The notes under the pieces are model-generated. The model was not told where the DNA came from, did no database searches, and saw only the letters and a list, made by a program, of their open reading frames with translations. A stretch of 64,000 bases of DNA. Origin: an uncultured Nitrososphaerales archaeon (GTDB lineage: Archaea > Thermoproteota > Nitrososphaeria > Nitrososphaerales > Nitrososphaeraceae). Location: contig CAWJCY010000007.1 of the NCBI GenBank assembly GCA_963841565.1, positions 32,001 through 96,000 on the forward strand, given 5' to 3'. Position numbers and translations under genes: made by a program. This document shows positions 1 through 9,600 of the stretch, piece after piece (positions within the stretch are counted from its first letter, which is position 1; every line of letters begins with the position of its first letter).

Positions 1-497
1 GCAGAGCCACCTATCGCGGCTATTTTACCCCAATTGGGAGCACTCAGAGATTGCCCAGGCTTTGGAACATAGGAGGCTAGCCAGGCCAGCGAGTTAGAGT
101 ATGCGACTCTATATTTGACCAGATCAGGAGAAACAACAGATGAACCTAACGCGGTCATGTCCAAATCACTTAGGTGGAAAGTACCGTTGTATACTTGTCC
201 CTGATCGACAACAAATACTGGAGCGTTCCAATATTTGTTAGCCTCATCAAAGTCCTTCAAGCAGATCGTCATCAGAAATGGCCTGCCTTGATTAGTGTCA
301 AAATTCTGAACCTGATACGTATAATAAGTGTCTGGCTTTGCACCCTTTCCCACATACCAATTATCGCCCTGGGCAGAAGCGTGGCTGGGGTCTATTGCAT
401 TGAATAAGAAAATGCTTGTTCCCATAATAGTAACAAGGAAACATACTTCGAGGTGGGCTCGGAAGATCCTTGAGGTCTTGGCTAAGTAGCTTTTCAT
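1..497 (-). CDS. Exported hypothetical protein (5' part; runs off window start)
   Basis: Manual translation from ATG 497: MKSYLAKTSRIFRAHLEVCFLVTIMGTSIFLFNAIDPSHASAQGDNWYVGKGAKPDTYYTY..., open to position 1, signal-peptide-like N-terminus; absent from the ORF track. Confidence 0.75.
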   Translation of the reverse strand, partial: MKSYLAKTSRIFRAHLEVCFLVTIMGTSIFLFNAIDPSHASAQGDNWYVGKGAKPDTYYTYQVQNFDTNQGRPFLMTICLKDFDEANKYWNAPVFVVDQGQVYNGTFHLSDLDMTALGSSVVSPDLVKYRVAYSNSLAWLASYVPKPGQSLSAPNWGKIAAIGGS

Positions 498-610
498 TAA
501 CTGATATGTTCAAAAAGGAACTGATAAATGTTTCAATAGCAACCCCCATGCCTCAAGTACCGAGTCAACAGATAACATAAATATGACCGGTGTTCGCTCA
601 CTAATGACGT

Positions 611-766
611 ATGTGTAACTGCCCCAATATCCAATTCTATGAGGTGGAGTTCAAGCTATGGGGAATGCAAGTGGTGCCAACACACAAGAATTGTGGAGAC
701 CCGCTCACAGATGAACAAGCAACTAAATTCAATAAAGAACTAACTAAATTATGGAATATGGAATAA
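611..766 (+). CDS. Small 51-aa Cys/His protein
   Basis: Manual translation MCNCPNIQFYEVEFKLWGMQVVPTHKNCGDPLTDEQATKFNKELTKLWNME*; CxC...HxxC pattern; resembles small AOA proteins (from memory). Confidence 0.7.
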   Translation: MCNCPNIQFYEVEFKLWGMQVVPTHKNCGDPLTDEQATKFNKELTKLWNME

Positions 767-1059
767 TTCAAGTTATCTCTTTTCCTCCTACGCATATTTT
801 TTGAGGCTCCTTAATGCGTATCTGTTCCTTCTTTGGTGACGGTAAATACCTAGACGTTGTATTGGGACCAATTCTTACTTTTGCAATTTCACCCTATCAG
901 AATCTTACTATCTTGTCAATGATTTCGGCGTCATGACCAAATCCACATCAACAAAATTGAAAATTTAAAGAGATTGACATGAATCAACGTCATACAGGTC
1001 GAAAAACCATACGTCAACTTTATTAAGAGCCGGAATGAATTTGGTTTAGGTGATTTTGA

Positions 1060-1314
1060 ATGACCAAGATGCTAACCGTAAACATAGAAACAGGTGGCGT
1101 TAATGAAAACGAAGCCAAGGAATGGGTTAACGAACTTACAAATGTATATGCGGATATGGAAATTGAGGATGTCAATGTCTCGGGTAACAAGATCTCATTT
1201 AAGGCTGGCTTTTCGGGAATGGATGATATCGACCCAGACGATGTTAAGATGAAAATCGACGAGTACCTCACAATGAATGAAGCATTCGAAGCCAAGAGCG
1301 TTTCAATCAATTAA
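1060..1314 (+). CDS. Acidic hypothetical protein (84 aa)
   Basis: Clean ORF with protein-like composition, followed by a T-rich tract. Confidence 0.75.
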   Translation: MTKMLTVNIETGGVNENEAKEWVNELTNVYADMEIEDVNVSGNKISFKAGFSGMDDIDPDDVKMKIDEYLTMNEAFEAKSVSIN

Positions 1315-1432
1315 GGCACACATCATTTCCGATTATCTCCTTTTTATTTGTCAGATTGTTGTAATTATTAGATCATCAAAAATAGTTACCCAAGTTTAAA
1401 TACTAGGACAAGACCCTCATATAGGTCAAACG

Positions 1433-1672
1433 ATGACGTGTAAAGGTATCTGTATTAGGCATAGGGCACAAAAGCCTGTCGGTTCAGGTCGGTACGTTAG
1501 TGGCCAAAGACGTTGCCAGATTTGTGAAATTTTCATCAGGTGGGAAGGATTATGGTGTCCCTGTTGTGGATATAGACTAAGAACTAAGCCAAGAAATCTC
1601 AAATACAAGGCAAAATTGCGCGCCAGAAGTAAGAGAGTTGAAATCACTCAACCGGCAATAACGGTTCGGTGA
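1433..1672 (+). CDS. Small basic Cys-rich (zinc-finger-like) protein
   Basis: CxxxC, CxxC and CPCC motifs plus K/R-rich tail; TTTAAATA upstream at ~1395. Confidence 0.8.
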   Translation: MTCKGICIRHRAQKPVGSGRYVSGQRRCQICEIFIRWEGLWCPCCGYRLRTKPRNLKYKAKLRARSKRVEITQPAITVR

Positions 1673-2566
1673 GACCTAAGCAGCCTTTTGGCGGCCGCAG
1701 TGAGCTGTGAATTCCATCTTTGGATATGCTCAATGTCCATACTAAGATCCATTCCTAACTGTACGAGCTTTCCGTATGTATGCCAGAAAGTACTGTCCAG
1801 CGAATTGAGAATGTCTGAACAAATCTTCCCTATATAGTAATAACAGTCTGCCGTCATCCCGGATTCGTAAAGAAACTTAATTTTGGCTTCAATTAAGGAT
1901 CTATCGTACCTATTCGCGGCGAGTCGAGAATATGAAGGAATTGATCGTCTTAGTACCTGACGCTGTCACTCTCTCTACCCCGATAATTTCTAGAGCCAAT
2001 GAAATGATCTCAGATTCGAACTGATTTGGCTCCAGAACCCTTCTGATTAACTCTAACTGATGCAACGGAGAGCCGGGTAACCCAGAAAAAAAGACAAGAC
2101 TTTGCATAATTTCATAGGCGGAAATCTTAAGTAGCATCGACGAGATAATGGGAGATTTCTGTGACAGACTCTCAATTTCGTTGTATCTCATTAAAGAAGA
2201 TACGAGTAGCTTTCTAGCAATCGCTGAACTGCTACTTCTTCTTAGTCTTGTATTATTCATGACAGCATTAACTATTGAAGATAGCTCAAGGTCATCAGTA
2301 TCATTTAGCACAATTCCATCAACGCTATTTGGTATTGATTTCAGTACCTTAGGTCTCAAAGGAACGTAGAGTAGCTCCGCCCAGTACGAATCGAGTTTCA
2401 TAACCTTATGAGGTTGAATACCATTCGATAAGACCAGAATATCATATTCACAACAGGGCTTTGACATCGCTATGCCGATAGTTCTACAACCGACGAGCAA
2501 GGCCGGCGACCTTAGGGTCTCGATAACAAAAGTAGAGATGGCTGGTGGAATGTGAATGCCTTCCAA
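1648..2566 (-). CDS. Hypothetical protein, nucleotidyltransferase-like N-terminus; apparent frameshift at ~1957
   Basis: ORFs 1910-2566 and 1648-1857 join after removing one base; LVGCR...CCEYDILVL resembles a degenerate GS...DxD motif. Confidence 0.55.
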
Positions 2567-2683
2567 TAAATCAAGTTCATCTGGGGACTACCAAATATAA
2601 TGCAACCCATATGCGGCCAGTCATCCGAACCAATTTCAGCGCGGCATATCCGGGGGATGTACTATGATATTTTGGACGCAATT

Positions 2684-2690
2684 TTTATAT
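2684..2690 (+). promoter_or_regulatory. TATA box of tRNA-Glu
   Basis: TTTATAT ending 25 nt upstream of the tRNA 5' end. Confidence 0.6.
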
Positions 2691-2714
2691 GATGAATAGG
2701 ATGCAATGTGTTGA

Positions 2715-2821
2715 GCTCCGGTGGTGTAGTCCGGTTAAGCATTTCGCCCTCTCAAGGCGGAGATCCCGGGTTCAATCGGATTGCGGCAACAGCCGCAACG
2801 GAACAAATCCCGGCCGGAGCA
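2715..2821 (+). tRNA. tRNA-Glu(CTC) with 31-nt non-canonical intron at 58/59 (2776-2806)
   Basis: Acceptor GCTCCGG/CCGGAGC-A; anticodon arm TCGCC-CT CTC AA-GGCGG; T-loop TTCAA|AT interrupted; BHB helix GTTC/GAAC with AAT and AAA bulges. Confidence 0.93.
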
Positions 2822-2842
2822 TTAAATATGAATGTCTCTTCA

Positions 2843-2927
2843 GGATTCAGTAGTCCGGTCATTCTCTTCATCTTTTCTGGCTGACTTGCCAGAATAATAG
2901 GGGGACTATCTTACTCTTCATCATCCG
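2843..2927 (-). ncRNA. Candidate box C/D guide sRNA
   Basis: Minus strand: box C ATGATGA (2924-2918), hairpin TTCTGGC/GCCAGAA, C' ATGAAGA (2871-2865), guide GAATGACCGGACTA, box D CTGA (2850-2847); TTTATAA upstream at ~2972-2966. Confidence 0.65.
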
Positions 2928-3013
2928 GTACAGATTAGCTGAATTAAAAAATAAAAGTTATTCGCTTATAAATATTATAGGCGAAATAAACATTATTTTA
3001 AGTTCATCCCATG

Positions 3014-3196
3014 CTATATTTCAAGAATGAAAGTATCGTCGGTTATTAGCGCACTATGGTAGGCAGCATTACATCTTGGACACATTGAGTGCACGCTGAT
3101 GCATTCCGTACAAAAATCGCCAGCCTGCAGGTATTCACAGTCATCACCCGTGTAGAAACAGCTCTCACAGACTCTTTTCAATATCATTCCGATCAC
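3014..3196 (-). CDS. Small Cys-rich protein (three CxxC pairs)
   Basis: CESC, CTEC and CPRC within 60 aa. Confidence 0.65.
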   Translation of the reverse strand: MIGMILKRVCESCFYTGDDCEYLQAGDFCTECISVHSMCPRCNAAYHSALITDDTFILEI

Positions 3197-3505
3197 CTCA
3201 AACTCTTATTTAATGGTTCTCGATAGCGACCGCTTTCCGAGCACTGTCTAGAGAACGGATTAGATTTATTCGACGACCTGCTTATGTAGCAATTCTCTAC
3301 ACCAATAAAACGAATCAGATTAATAGATTGGAAGGGAAAAATACAGAGTAAGTGGATTGTCTTTCAGCCCGTATAGAAATGGCTTCCCAATTTTCTGGTT
3401 GATTTAACTAGGACTAATAAGGCTGGCAGAAATACTTAATGCAGTTGCAACTTTCATTGATGACATCAAGAGTGGATCACTAGTCCTCGCAAATAACAAT
3501 TATTT

Positions 3506-3697
3506 TCAATTGCCATTATCACTAATTAGCCTTGTTGCTACCGAATGGCCGCTTCTTATGTGAGTGTTGTGATGTAACCTTGTCAGTTCAGTAACTTTAA
3601 GATCTGAGAAATAATCAGCGTTGTAGCGAGCTAGTATGGTTTTACAATCGTGGCAGAATACTTCTTTGAATCCCATCTCTATGCCATGTACTAACAT
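3506..3697 (-). CDS. Small Cys/His protein, putative zinc binder
   Basis: CHDC...HHNTH...GH pattern. Confidence 0.6.
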   Translation of the reverse strand: MLVHGIEMGFKEVFCHDCKTILARYNADYFSDLKVTELTRLHHNTHIRSGHSVATRLISDNGN

Positions 3698-3726
3698 AAC
3701 ATTGATTTAAATGATAATTGTTATCC

Positions 3727-4374
3727 CTATTCTAAGCGTTTGAAGGGCCCAGTGCCGATTTCACCTTCTTGACGAAATTTGTTGTCCTTAAGGAGAAACT
3801 TCGAGGCTTTATAGTAGATTACCTCTCCTCTTCTCTCAATAACAGCTAGAACAGAATTCTTTCCCATCTTCGCGGTCTGATCGATCAGATCATAAAGATC
3901 TTCTATCTTTAAATTAATCCCTTCGTTTAGTGCATATACCAAATATTTTGAAGGTTTTTTCTGATATTCTCCCCTTTCATATACTCTAAAGTCAATGCCA
4001 AATCCAAATCCATCCTTCACAACATAACCTCGACTCCTCAAGTCGCGGTACACTAAAAATCTTGTAAGTACACTAGGATCATTTCTTAACATTTCCTTGA
4101 TTAGCTGTTCAAATCCAATGCTGATGTCTTCAATGTTTTTTACAACTAATCTATTCGTAAATGCCAAGTATAGAGCCTCGCAATAGCTAAGAGTGTATTC
4201 CGAGTCTTCATTTTCGCCGAACCCTTTTGATCTGAGCTGGTCTTGGAATTTTGTTTCAGTTACTAATATCTTTGTCTCCCCAGCTGGTATAATTGCCTCA
4301 ATTAAATATGATATATCGAGGTCTGAACCCTCAATATCGGCTGACATAACGAATAAATCGGAGCCAGTCCACAT
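3727..4374 (-). CDS. endA: tRNA-splicing endonuclease subunit (probably structural beta subunit)
   Basis: LSYCEALYL, VYRDLRSRGYVVKDGFGFGIDFRVYERG, VIYY motifs; catalytic His after RVY not seen. Confidence 0.85.
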   Translation of the reverse strand: MWTGSDLFVMSADIEGSDLDISYLIEAIIPAGETKILVTETKFQDQLRSKGFGENEDSEYTLSYCEALYLAFTNRLVVKNIEDISIGFEQLIKEMLRNDPSVLTRFLVYRDLRSRGYVVKDGFGFGIDFRVYERGEYQKKPSKYLVYALNEGINLKIEDLYDLIDQTAKMGKNSVLAVIERRGEVIYYKASKFLLKDNKFRQEGEIGTGPFKRLE

Positions 4375-4401
4375 TTAAGCATTAAAAAATAGGTGATTTT
4401 G

Positions 4402-4920
4402 TTGAAGGGTAGTAATTATAGAGAAATCCGTGGTATGCCATACGTAAGAAAGGAATACATCAGAGGCAAGCCTCAACTGAAGATTGCTAGATTCTCGTCA
4501 GGAGAATTTAGGGACGATTATGATTACAAGATTGAGCTCGTGGTAGACGAAAGGCGCCAGATCAGGCATAACGCATTGGAGGCAGCTAGACTTGGTGCTA
4601 ACAAGACGTTGGCATCTGCAGGTGAGACGAGTTTCTTTTCAAGTATAAAGGTATATCCTCACGTAGTTCTGCGTGAAAATAAGATGATTGCAACGGCAGG
4701 GGCTGATCGATTACAGGAGGGAATGAGAAGAGCCTTCGGCAAAGCAACAGGTCTAGCTGCTCGGGTCAAACCCGGAGACACTGTTTACGAGGCGTACGTT
4801 AGCGCAGAAAACCTCCAACTTGCTAAGCAGGCCTTAAGGATAGCTGCAGGAAAGCTTGGATGTCTAACTGTAACGAAATTGACCCAACTTCGTCAAAGCG
4901 AACCAGAGGAAGAAGAGTAG
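4402..4920 (+). CDS. rpl10e: 50S ribosomal protein uL16 (L10e)
   Basis: QIRHNALEAAR, YPHVVLRENKMIATAGADRLQEGMRRAFGK. Confidence 0.97.
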   Translation: MKGSNYREIRGMPYVRKEYIRGKPQLKIARFSSGEFRDDYDYKIELVVDERRQIRHNALEAARLGANKTLASAGETSFFSSIKVYPHVVLRENKMIATAGADRLQEGMRRAFGKATGLAARVKPGDTVYEAYVSAENLQLAKQALRIAAGKLGCLTVTKLTQLRQSEPEEEE

Positions 4921-5152
4921 AAATCGACCTCCAAATTGAAATATTCAGCGTCGGCTTTTTGGAGTGCTGTCTAAAGGACATTTACCTCGCAGAGGGGCTG
5001 TGAAACTCTTCTAACCGACTCCATTTATCGTCACCTGTTTGCAAATGGGTGTTACTCAAAGACTCTCTCAGTTATCTAGAATGGTTGAGCACCGTAGAGC
5101 ATGCATCAGTGATTCGTTGTTGATTTCAGAAGCCCTACCCCTATTTTCAATT

Positions 5153-6820
5153 TTATTTTGGTATCGTTACTTGAATTGCCCGAAGTACAGAGGCATCACT
5201 TGTTTCTGCTCCTAGCATGAGCGTGTAATTTCCTGCTTGCTGTTGTTGCGTTGGCGTTACGATGAGGCTTATTTGCTTGGTTTGTCCTGGTTCTAATCTG
5301 ACGGAATTCTCGCTAAAAAGCCCTGAAAGATTACCCAGATTACCCGTCGTGGTAAAGGATCCTGCTGCTAACATATCTGCTGTCAAAGTAGTATTCCTGT
5401 TCGAAGTAACGTTTATTCTAACTTCCTCATTGCCGCCTCTTTGCAGAGTAAAATTGTTAGGCAAAACAGAAACAGATAGTGGTAAAACTTTGTCCGTCAG
5501 CACCCTGCCAATTTTATTTTCAGACCATTCCGAAAACCACACTTCGTTGTTTTTGTCCACATCCAACTGCAAAGCGTTACTTATTCCGCATTGACTAGCG
5601 GCATCTCGACATGGTCCCCAAAGTTTGTTTTGGGAAGGAATCCAATATTCAATGAGCGTAAGATTGTTGGGGTCAAAGCTAGAGATCTTGTTTCCGGTAT
5701 GTTGGTTAAACCATATTGTGCCGTTTTCGCCTGTTTTAATCCAATATGGCAAAGTATAGGCCGCGTCTAAAGTTGTGCTTTGTCCTAAAGTTCTTGGAGA
5801 CACAGTAGAGGTTGTAAACTTCGTAATGTCTCCTGAAGCAGGATCTAGCCTAAAGAAAATACTAGTCCCATGGTCGGTAACCCACAAATTATCATTGAGG
5901 TCAAGTGTTAATCCTACCGGGGAAGTAATGTCGTCTGGCATTTCGTAAGCAGTAAAGGTATTATTCTTTAAATCATATCCCAATATTTGCCCTTTCGTGT
6001 TGAATGCAAGTAATGAAACAAACAACCTATCATTATCCTCATCCAGAACAACCGATCCAGTACTTACTAGATCGGGATCTATTCCTTTAAATGAGTCAAG
6101 TGGAATTCCTATCCGTTCTATCCCTTCCGCCGTACCGTTTCTCATCTGAGAAATGTTACCAATCCAAATAGATGGAGACCTTATTCCAACAAAGTAAATA
6201 TTGCTACCATTGTTATCTATCTCCATAGAGACCGGATACGTCGTCCCGAACGCCTCAGGTTTCTCTGGTACCGTAAACATTTCAAAGGATCTTGTGTCAT
6301 TTGAAAATCTCCAAATCGCATTAAGTCTTTCATCAGTAAACCAGATATTCCCTTTGTTGTCAATGTCAAGATCCCAAACCTGTGAGGACATTGTGGGATT
6401 CCCCCTGGCAGGCCAGCTCGGGATTTTATACTCTTCTCCAAATGTATTGGTATTCATATCAAACCTTCCCAACGTGCCATTCTTCGTAGAAACGTACCAA
6501 ATATTTTGGTTCTGCGAATCCACACCAATGCCCAAGGGCATCTCACAAGGGGCTGGGAGAAGGTATTCGATAACTAGGTAGCTCGAATTGGGATGCGAAT
6601 TCAACCCACAGAATTGGGCGTTGAACTTTTCTACTGCATCGGCCCTAGACCCTGAAACGAGCTCGGATACATCTTCGTTACCCTCTTGGGATGGACCTGA
6701 ACTAATACTGGAGGAATATACTAATGAAATGCCTACAATTGCGATAATGGCTAGAACAACGAAAACGACCATTTTCTTTTTTTGAAAATGTTTCGACTTG
6801 TTCCCTCTTTTTTCTGACAA
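5153..6820 (-). CDS. Membrane-anchored Vgb (streptogramin lyase)-like beta-propeller protein
   Basis: N-terminal TM; repeated D..GNIWF(T/S)E...NKI..FDP blades; C-terminal Ig-like domain; many NxS/T sequons. Confidence 0.8.
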   Translation of the reverse strand: MSEKRGNKSKHFQKKKMVVFVVLAIIAIVGISLVYSSSISSGPSQEGNEDVSELVSGSRADAVEKFNAQFCGLNSHPNSSYLVIEYLLPAPCEMPLGIGVDSQNQNIWYVSTKNGTLGRFDMNTNTFGEEYKIPSWPARGNPTMSSQVWDLDIDNKGNIWFTDERLNAIWRFSNDTRSFEMFTVPEKPEAFGTTYPVSMEIDNNGSNIYFVGIRSPSIWIGNISQMRNGTAEGIERIGIPLDSFKGIDPDLVSTGSVVLDEDNDRLFVSLLAFNTKGQILGYDLKNNTFTAYEMPDDITSPVGLTLDLNDNLWVTDHGTSIFFRLDPASGDITKFTTSTVSPRTLGQSTTLDAAYTLPYWIKTGENGTIWFNQHTGNKISSFDPNNLTLIEYWIPSQNKLWGPCRDAASQCGISNALQLDVDKNNEVWFSEWSENKIGRVLTDKVLPLSVSVLPNNFTLQRGGNEEVRINVTSNRNTTLTADMLAAGSFTTTGNLGNLSGLFSENSVRLEPGQTKQISLIVTPTQQQQAGNYTLMLGAETSDASVLRAIQVTIPK

Positions 6821-7291
6821 TTACTCTTGAAAAGCAACTTTTGCTTATATATAAATTCTTAAGAGCTGATGAAGTTGCTTATAATCTTGAGTGATTAGAC
6901 AGTCTGCATCAGCTGTCGTCCCCTACCAAACCAAACTAAAATTGAAGCCCAATACTCATTTTCTATAACGCGAATCAATCCTAAAACGACGTTGACTTGC
7001 GTTCAATGGGATTTAGTCCATATGCTCGATTCCAGCTGAATGGAAGTTCCACAAAAAATTCCAGTCGCTCACTTAATGATACTATTGATTGTTAATTAGT
7101 CGAATTAATTAGTGATCAAGACTGTCTATTGAATGAACAACTAATTACTTTGATCACTTCAAGGAAGATTAGAGTCAAGATTTGACTTCGTATAGTGATG
7201 ATAAGGAGACGCTCAGTTAGATCTGCGTAACATGGAACAGCTGGAAACGCACTAATAACAGGTCGCACCACATTCCTCCTGTAATCGTGAA

Positions 7292-7858
7292 ATGCCTAAA
7301 CGGAAGGTGAAGGAGGAGAAACCCAGGAAAAGACTAGGTAAAAAAGAAATACTGATACCGCCGGCGGCCATGGGGGCGTCTCTGCTTGTGACCTTGGTAA
7401 TAATTCCTCTTTTCGCACCCCCTCCGAGTCCTTTAGAGGTGTGTCTAAAAGGGCATAACGTAGATACGTTCAGTATTCATCCCACCGTAGAAGTATCAGT
7501 TAACGGTGAACCAAAATCACTTCCTGCTGGGATCGGCAATGATACCGTAGATGGTAAGGAATGTCTCAGAACCATCCATACTGACACTCAAGGCAATACG
7601 ATTCACATTGAGTATGTCAGACCTATTCGGCTTACACTGGGTGATTTTATGAAAATCTATTCTCCAGATAATTCGACCATTCAAATTATGGATAATTCGA
7701 CAGGGTCACTCGCTGAACACCGTCTTAATCTCAGTGATTATGACATTTCTTATTCGTACTATTCAGAAAAGAAGGAATTTACAAATGTGAAGAATGCTAG
7801 TGACGTGCCGCCGTTTAGAGACAACATGGTAAGCCGCATCGAACTTAATTCAAAATAA
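7292..7858 (+). CDS. Membrane-anchored hypothetical protein with His motifs
   Basis: Basic N-terminus, one TM, then IHP..V.VNG...LPAGIG...C..TIHTD...IHIE. Confidence 0.7.
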   Translation: MPKRKVKEEKPRKRLGKKEILIPPAAMGASLLVTLVIIPLFAPPPSPLEVCLKGHNVDTFSIHPTVEVSVNGEPKSLPAGIGNDTVDGKECLRTIHTDTQGNTIHIEYVRPIRLTLGDFMKIYSPDNSTIQIMDNSTGSLAEHRLNLSDYDISYSYYSEKKEFTNVKNASDVPPFRDNMVSRIELNSK

Positions 7859-7895
7859 ATATAATACTGGAACAATTCTTTCTGATCTGATTATT

Positions 7896-8921
7896 TTGAC
7901 GAGTAAGACAGCTATAGTGATAAAAGGTGATGGAACAGGCCCTGAGCTCGTTGAAGCTGTCTTAAACGTTTTGAAATCATGTAACTCCCAGGTTGAGTTC
8001 GTGGTTTGCGACGCAGGTTCTGAATGGTGGATGAAAGCGGGCGGTAATTCATACATTTCAGATGAAGTATGGAAGCTTCTCAAAGAAAGTGATGCGTGCT
8101 TTAAAGGGCCTACTACGACTGTTCCAAATCCTGAAGCTCCTCGTAGTGTCGCAGTTAGCATAAGACAAAGGTTTGAACTCTATGCAAATGTAAGGCCAAT
8201 CAAGACATACCGGCAGTCGGAGCGAACACTTGACTTCCTTTGTGTTAGAGAGGCTACAGAAGGTCTCTATGCAGGGATAGAGTTTAGAACTAGCGAGGAT
8301 TCCGCTATAGCAGTAAGGAAGACAACAAGAAAAGGATGTGAACGAGTAGCACTTAAGGCATTTGAGCTAGCCAAAGAACGAGACTATCACAAATTAGTAG
8401 CGGTGACGAAGCGGAATATTTTGAAGGAAACGGATGGAATATTTTGGAACTCTGTTAAAAGAATCAGTCGTCAGTTCCAAGGTATTGAGGTAGAAGAGTA
8501 TTACGTGGATAACATGACTCAGCAACTTGTAAAAAATCCTGAGCGATTCAACCAAAACATACTTTTGAGTACAAATCTATTTATGGATATCATTTCAGAG
8601 TGTGCTTCAGGTCACGTAGGTTCAATCGGTAACGTGTATTCTGGAAATTTTGGAGAGAATTACGCGATGTTTGAGCCTGCACATGGGAGTGCACCAAAAT
8701 ATTCGGGAATGGATAAAGTGAATCCTGTGGCTTCTATCCTTTCAGGGGCTTGGTTGGTGAGATATCTAGGGGAAACAGAGATCGCTAGTGCAATCTTTGA
8801 GGCGACTGAAAAAATAATTGCAGACGGAAAGTACGTAACATATGACCTTGGAGGCGAGTCATCCTTATCTCGTATGAGCTCTGAAATTTCCCAGAAATCA
8901 TCTAATCTATTGCGGAAATGA
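7896..8921 (+). CDS. Isocitrate/isopropylmalate dehydrogenase family protein
   Basis: GDGTGPE, LYANVRP, REATEGLY, TNLFMDIISE, FEPAHGSAPK. Confidence 0.93.
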   Translation: MTSKTAIVIKGDGTGPELVEAVLNVLKSCNSQVEFVVCDAGSEWWMKAGGNSYISDEVWKLLKESDACFKGPTTTVPNPEAPRSVAVSIRQRFELYANVRPIKTYRQSERTLDFLCVREATEGLYAGIEFRTSEDSAIAVRKTTRKGCERVALKAFELAKERDYHKLVAVTKRNILKETDGIFWNSVKRISRQFQGIEVEEYYVDNMTQQLVKNPERFNQNILLSTNLFMDIISECASGHVGSIGNVYSGNFGENYAMFEPAHGSAPKYSGMDKVNPVASILSGAWLVRYLGETEIASAIFEATEKIIADGKYVTYDLGGESSLSRMSSEISQKSSNLLRK

Positions 8922-8938
8922 GATTATCTCCTTGGGTT

Positions 8939-9577
8939 CTATTGTGCTCTAGTTGATGAAAAAATCCGAATCTCCTCTACCGAAAGAGATTCGAAGAACA
9001 GTTTTTTCTTTGAAATTGTTCTTCTGGATAGCCCCAACGACGCTACATCACTGTAGAATTGAGGCAAGTTAGATAGACTAGATAGGAGAATCAAAATTAC
9101 TCCATGCTGGCTCAAGAGATAAATTGCAGATTTTATGAATTCTATTGCTATCTCTGAACCTGTTATTCCTCCGTAAATGGTCCTGTCGTAACAAATAACA
9201 TTATCGTCATTGAATGGAAGATACGGTGGGTTGCTGACAATAAGGTCATATTTCTGCGAGGACGCAAGGGCATTTACACCATCACAGCAGATCAAATCTG
9301 CCTTCATGCTGTTAGATTGATTGCAAAATGACAGGGTATTAAGATCTAGATCTGTTCCTACCACTATGGAAAATCTTTTGCAAAGTTCATCAAGAATAAT
9401 CCCTGACCCGACACCAATTTCTAATGCTGACTTCCCTCGATATCCTGCCAGTGAGTCCAGTATAAGGTAAGTGTCATCAGATGGCTGATATGTGGGAATC
9501 TTACGTATCATACTGCGATTCAATTCGATGTTTAAATACTTGTAAGATAAACCATTTTCATTCCTATTGTCAATCAA
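8939..9577 (-). CDS. HemK2/PrmC-like N5-glutamine methyltransferase
   Basis: YQPSDDTYL, LEIGVGSG, SNPPY. Confidence 0.85.
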   Translation of the reverse strand: MIDNRNENGLSYKYLNIELNRSMIRKIPTYQPSDDTYLILDSLAGYRGKSALEIGVGSGIILDELCKRFSIVVGTDLDLNTLSFCNQSNSMKADLICCDGVNALASSQKYDLIVSNPPYLPFNDDNVICYDRTIYGGITGSEIAIEFIKSAIYLLSQHGVILILLSSLSNLPQFYSDVASLGLSRRTISKKKLFFESLSVEEIRIFSSTRAQ

Positions 9578-9600
9578 TTGCTTTCAATGAATGTCTGGCT

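Noticed and set aside
5153-6820. Antibiotic-resistance gene vgb
   Set aside because: Only fold-level similarity; membrane-anchored extracellular architecture differs from cytoplasmic Vgb
6862-6915. TGATGA inside inverted repeat AGCTGATG/CATCAGCT as a C/D sRNA
   Set aside because: No CTGA D box (CTGC instead); may be a simple hairpin or operator
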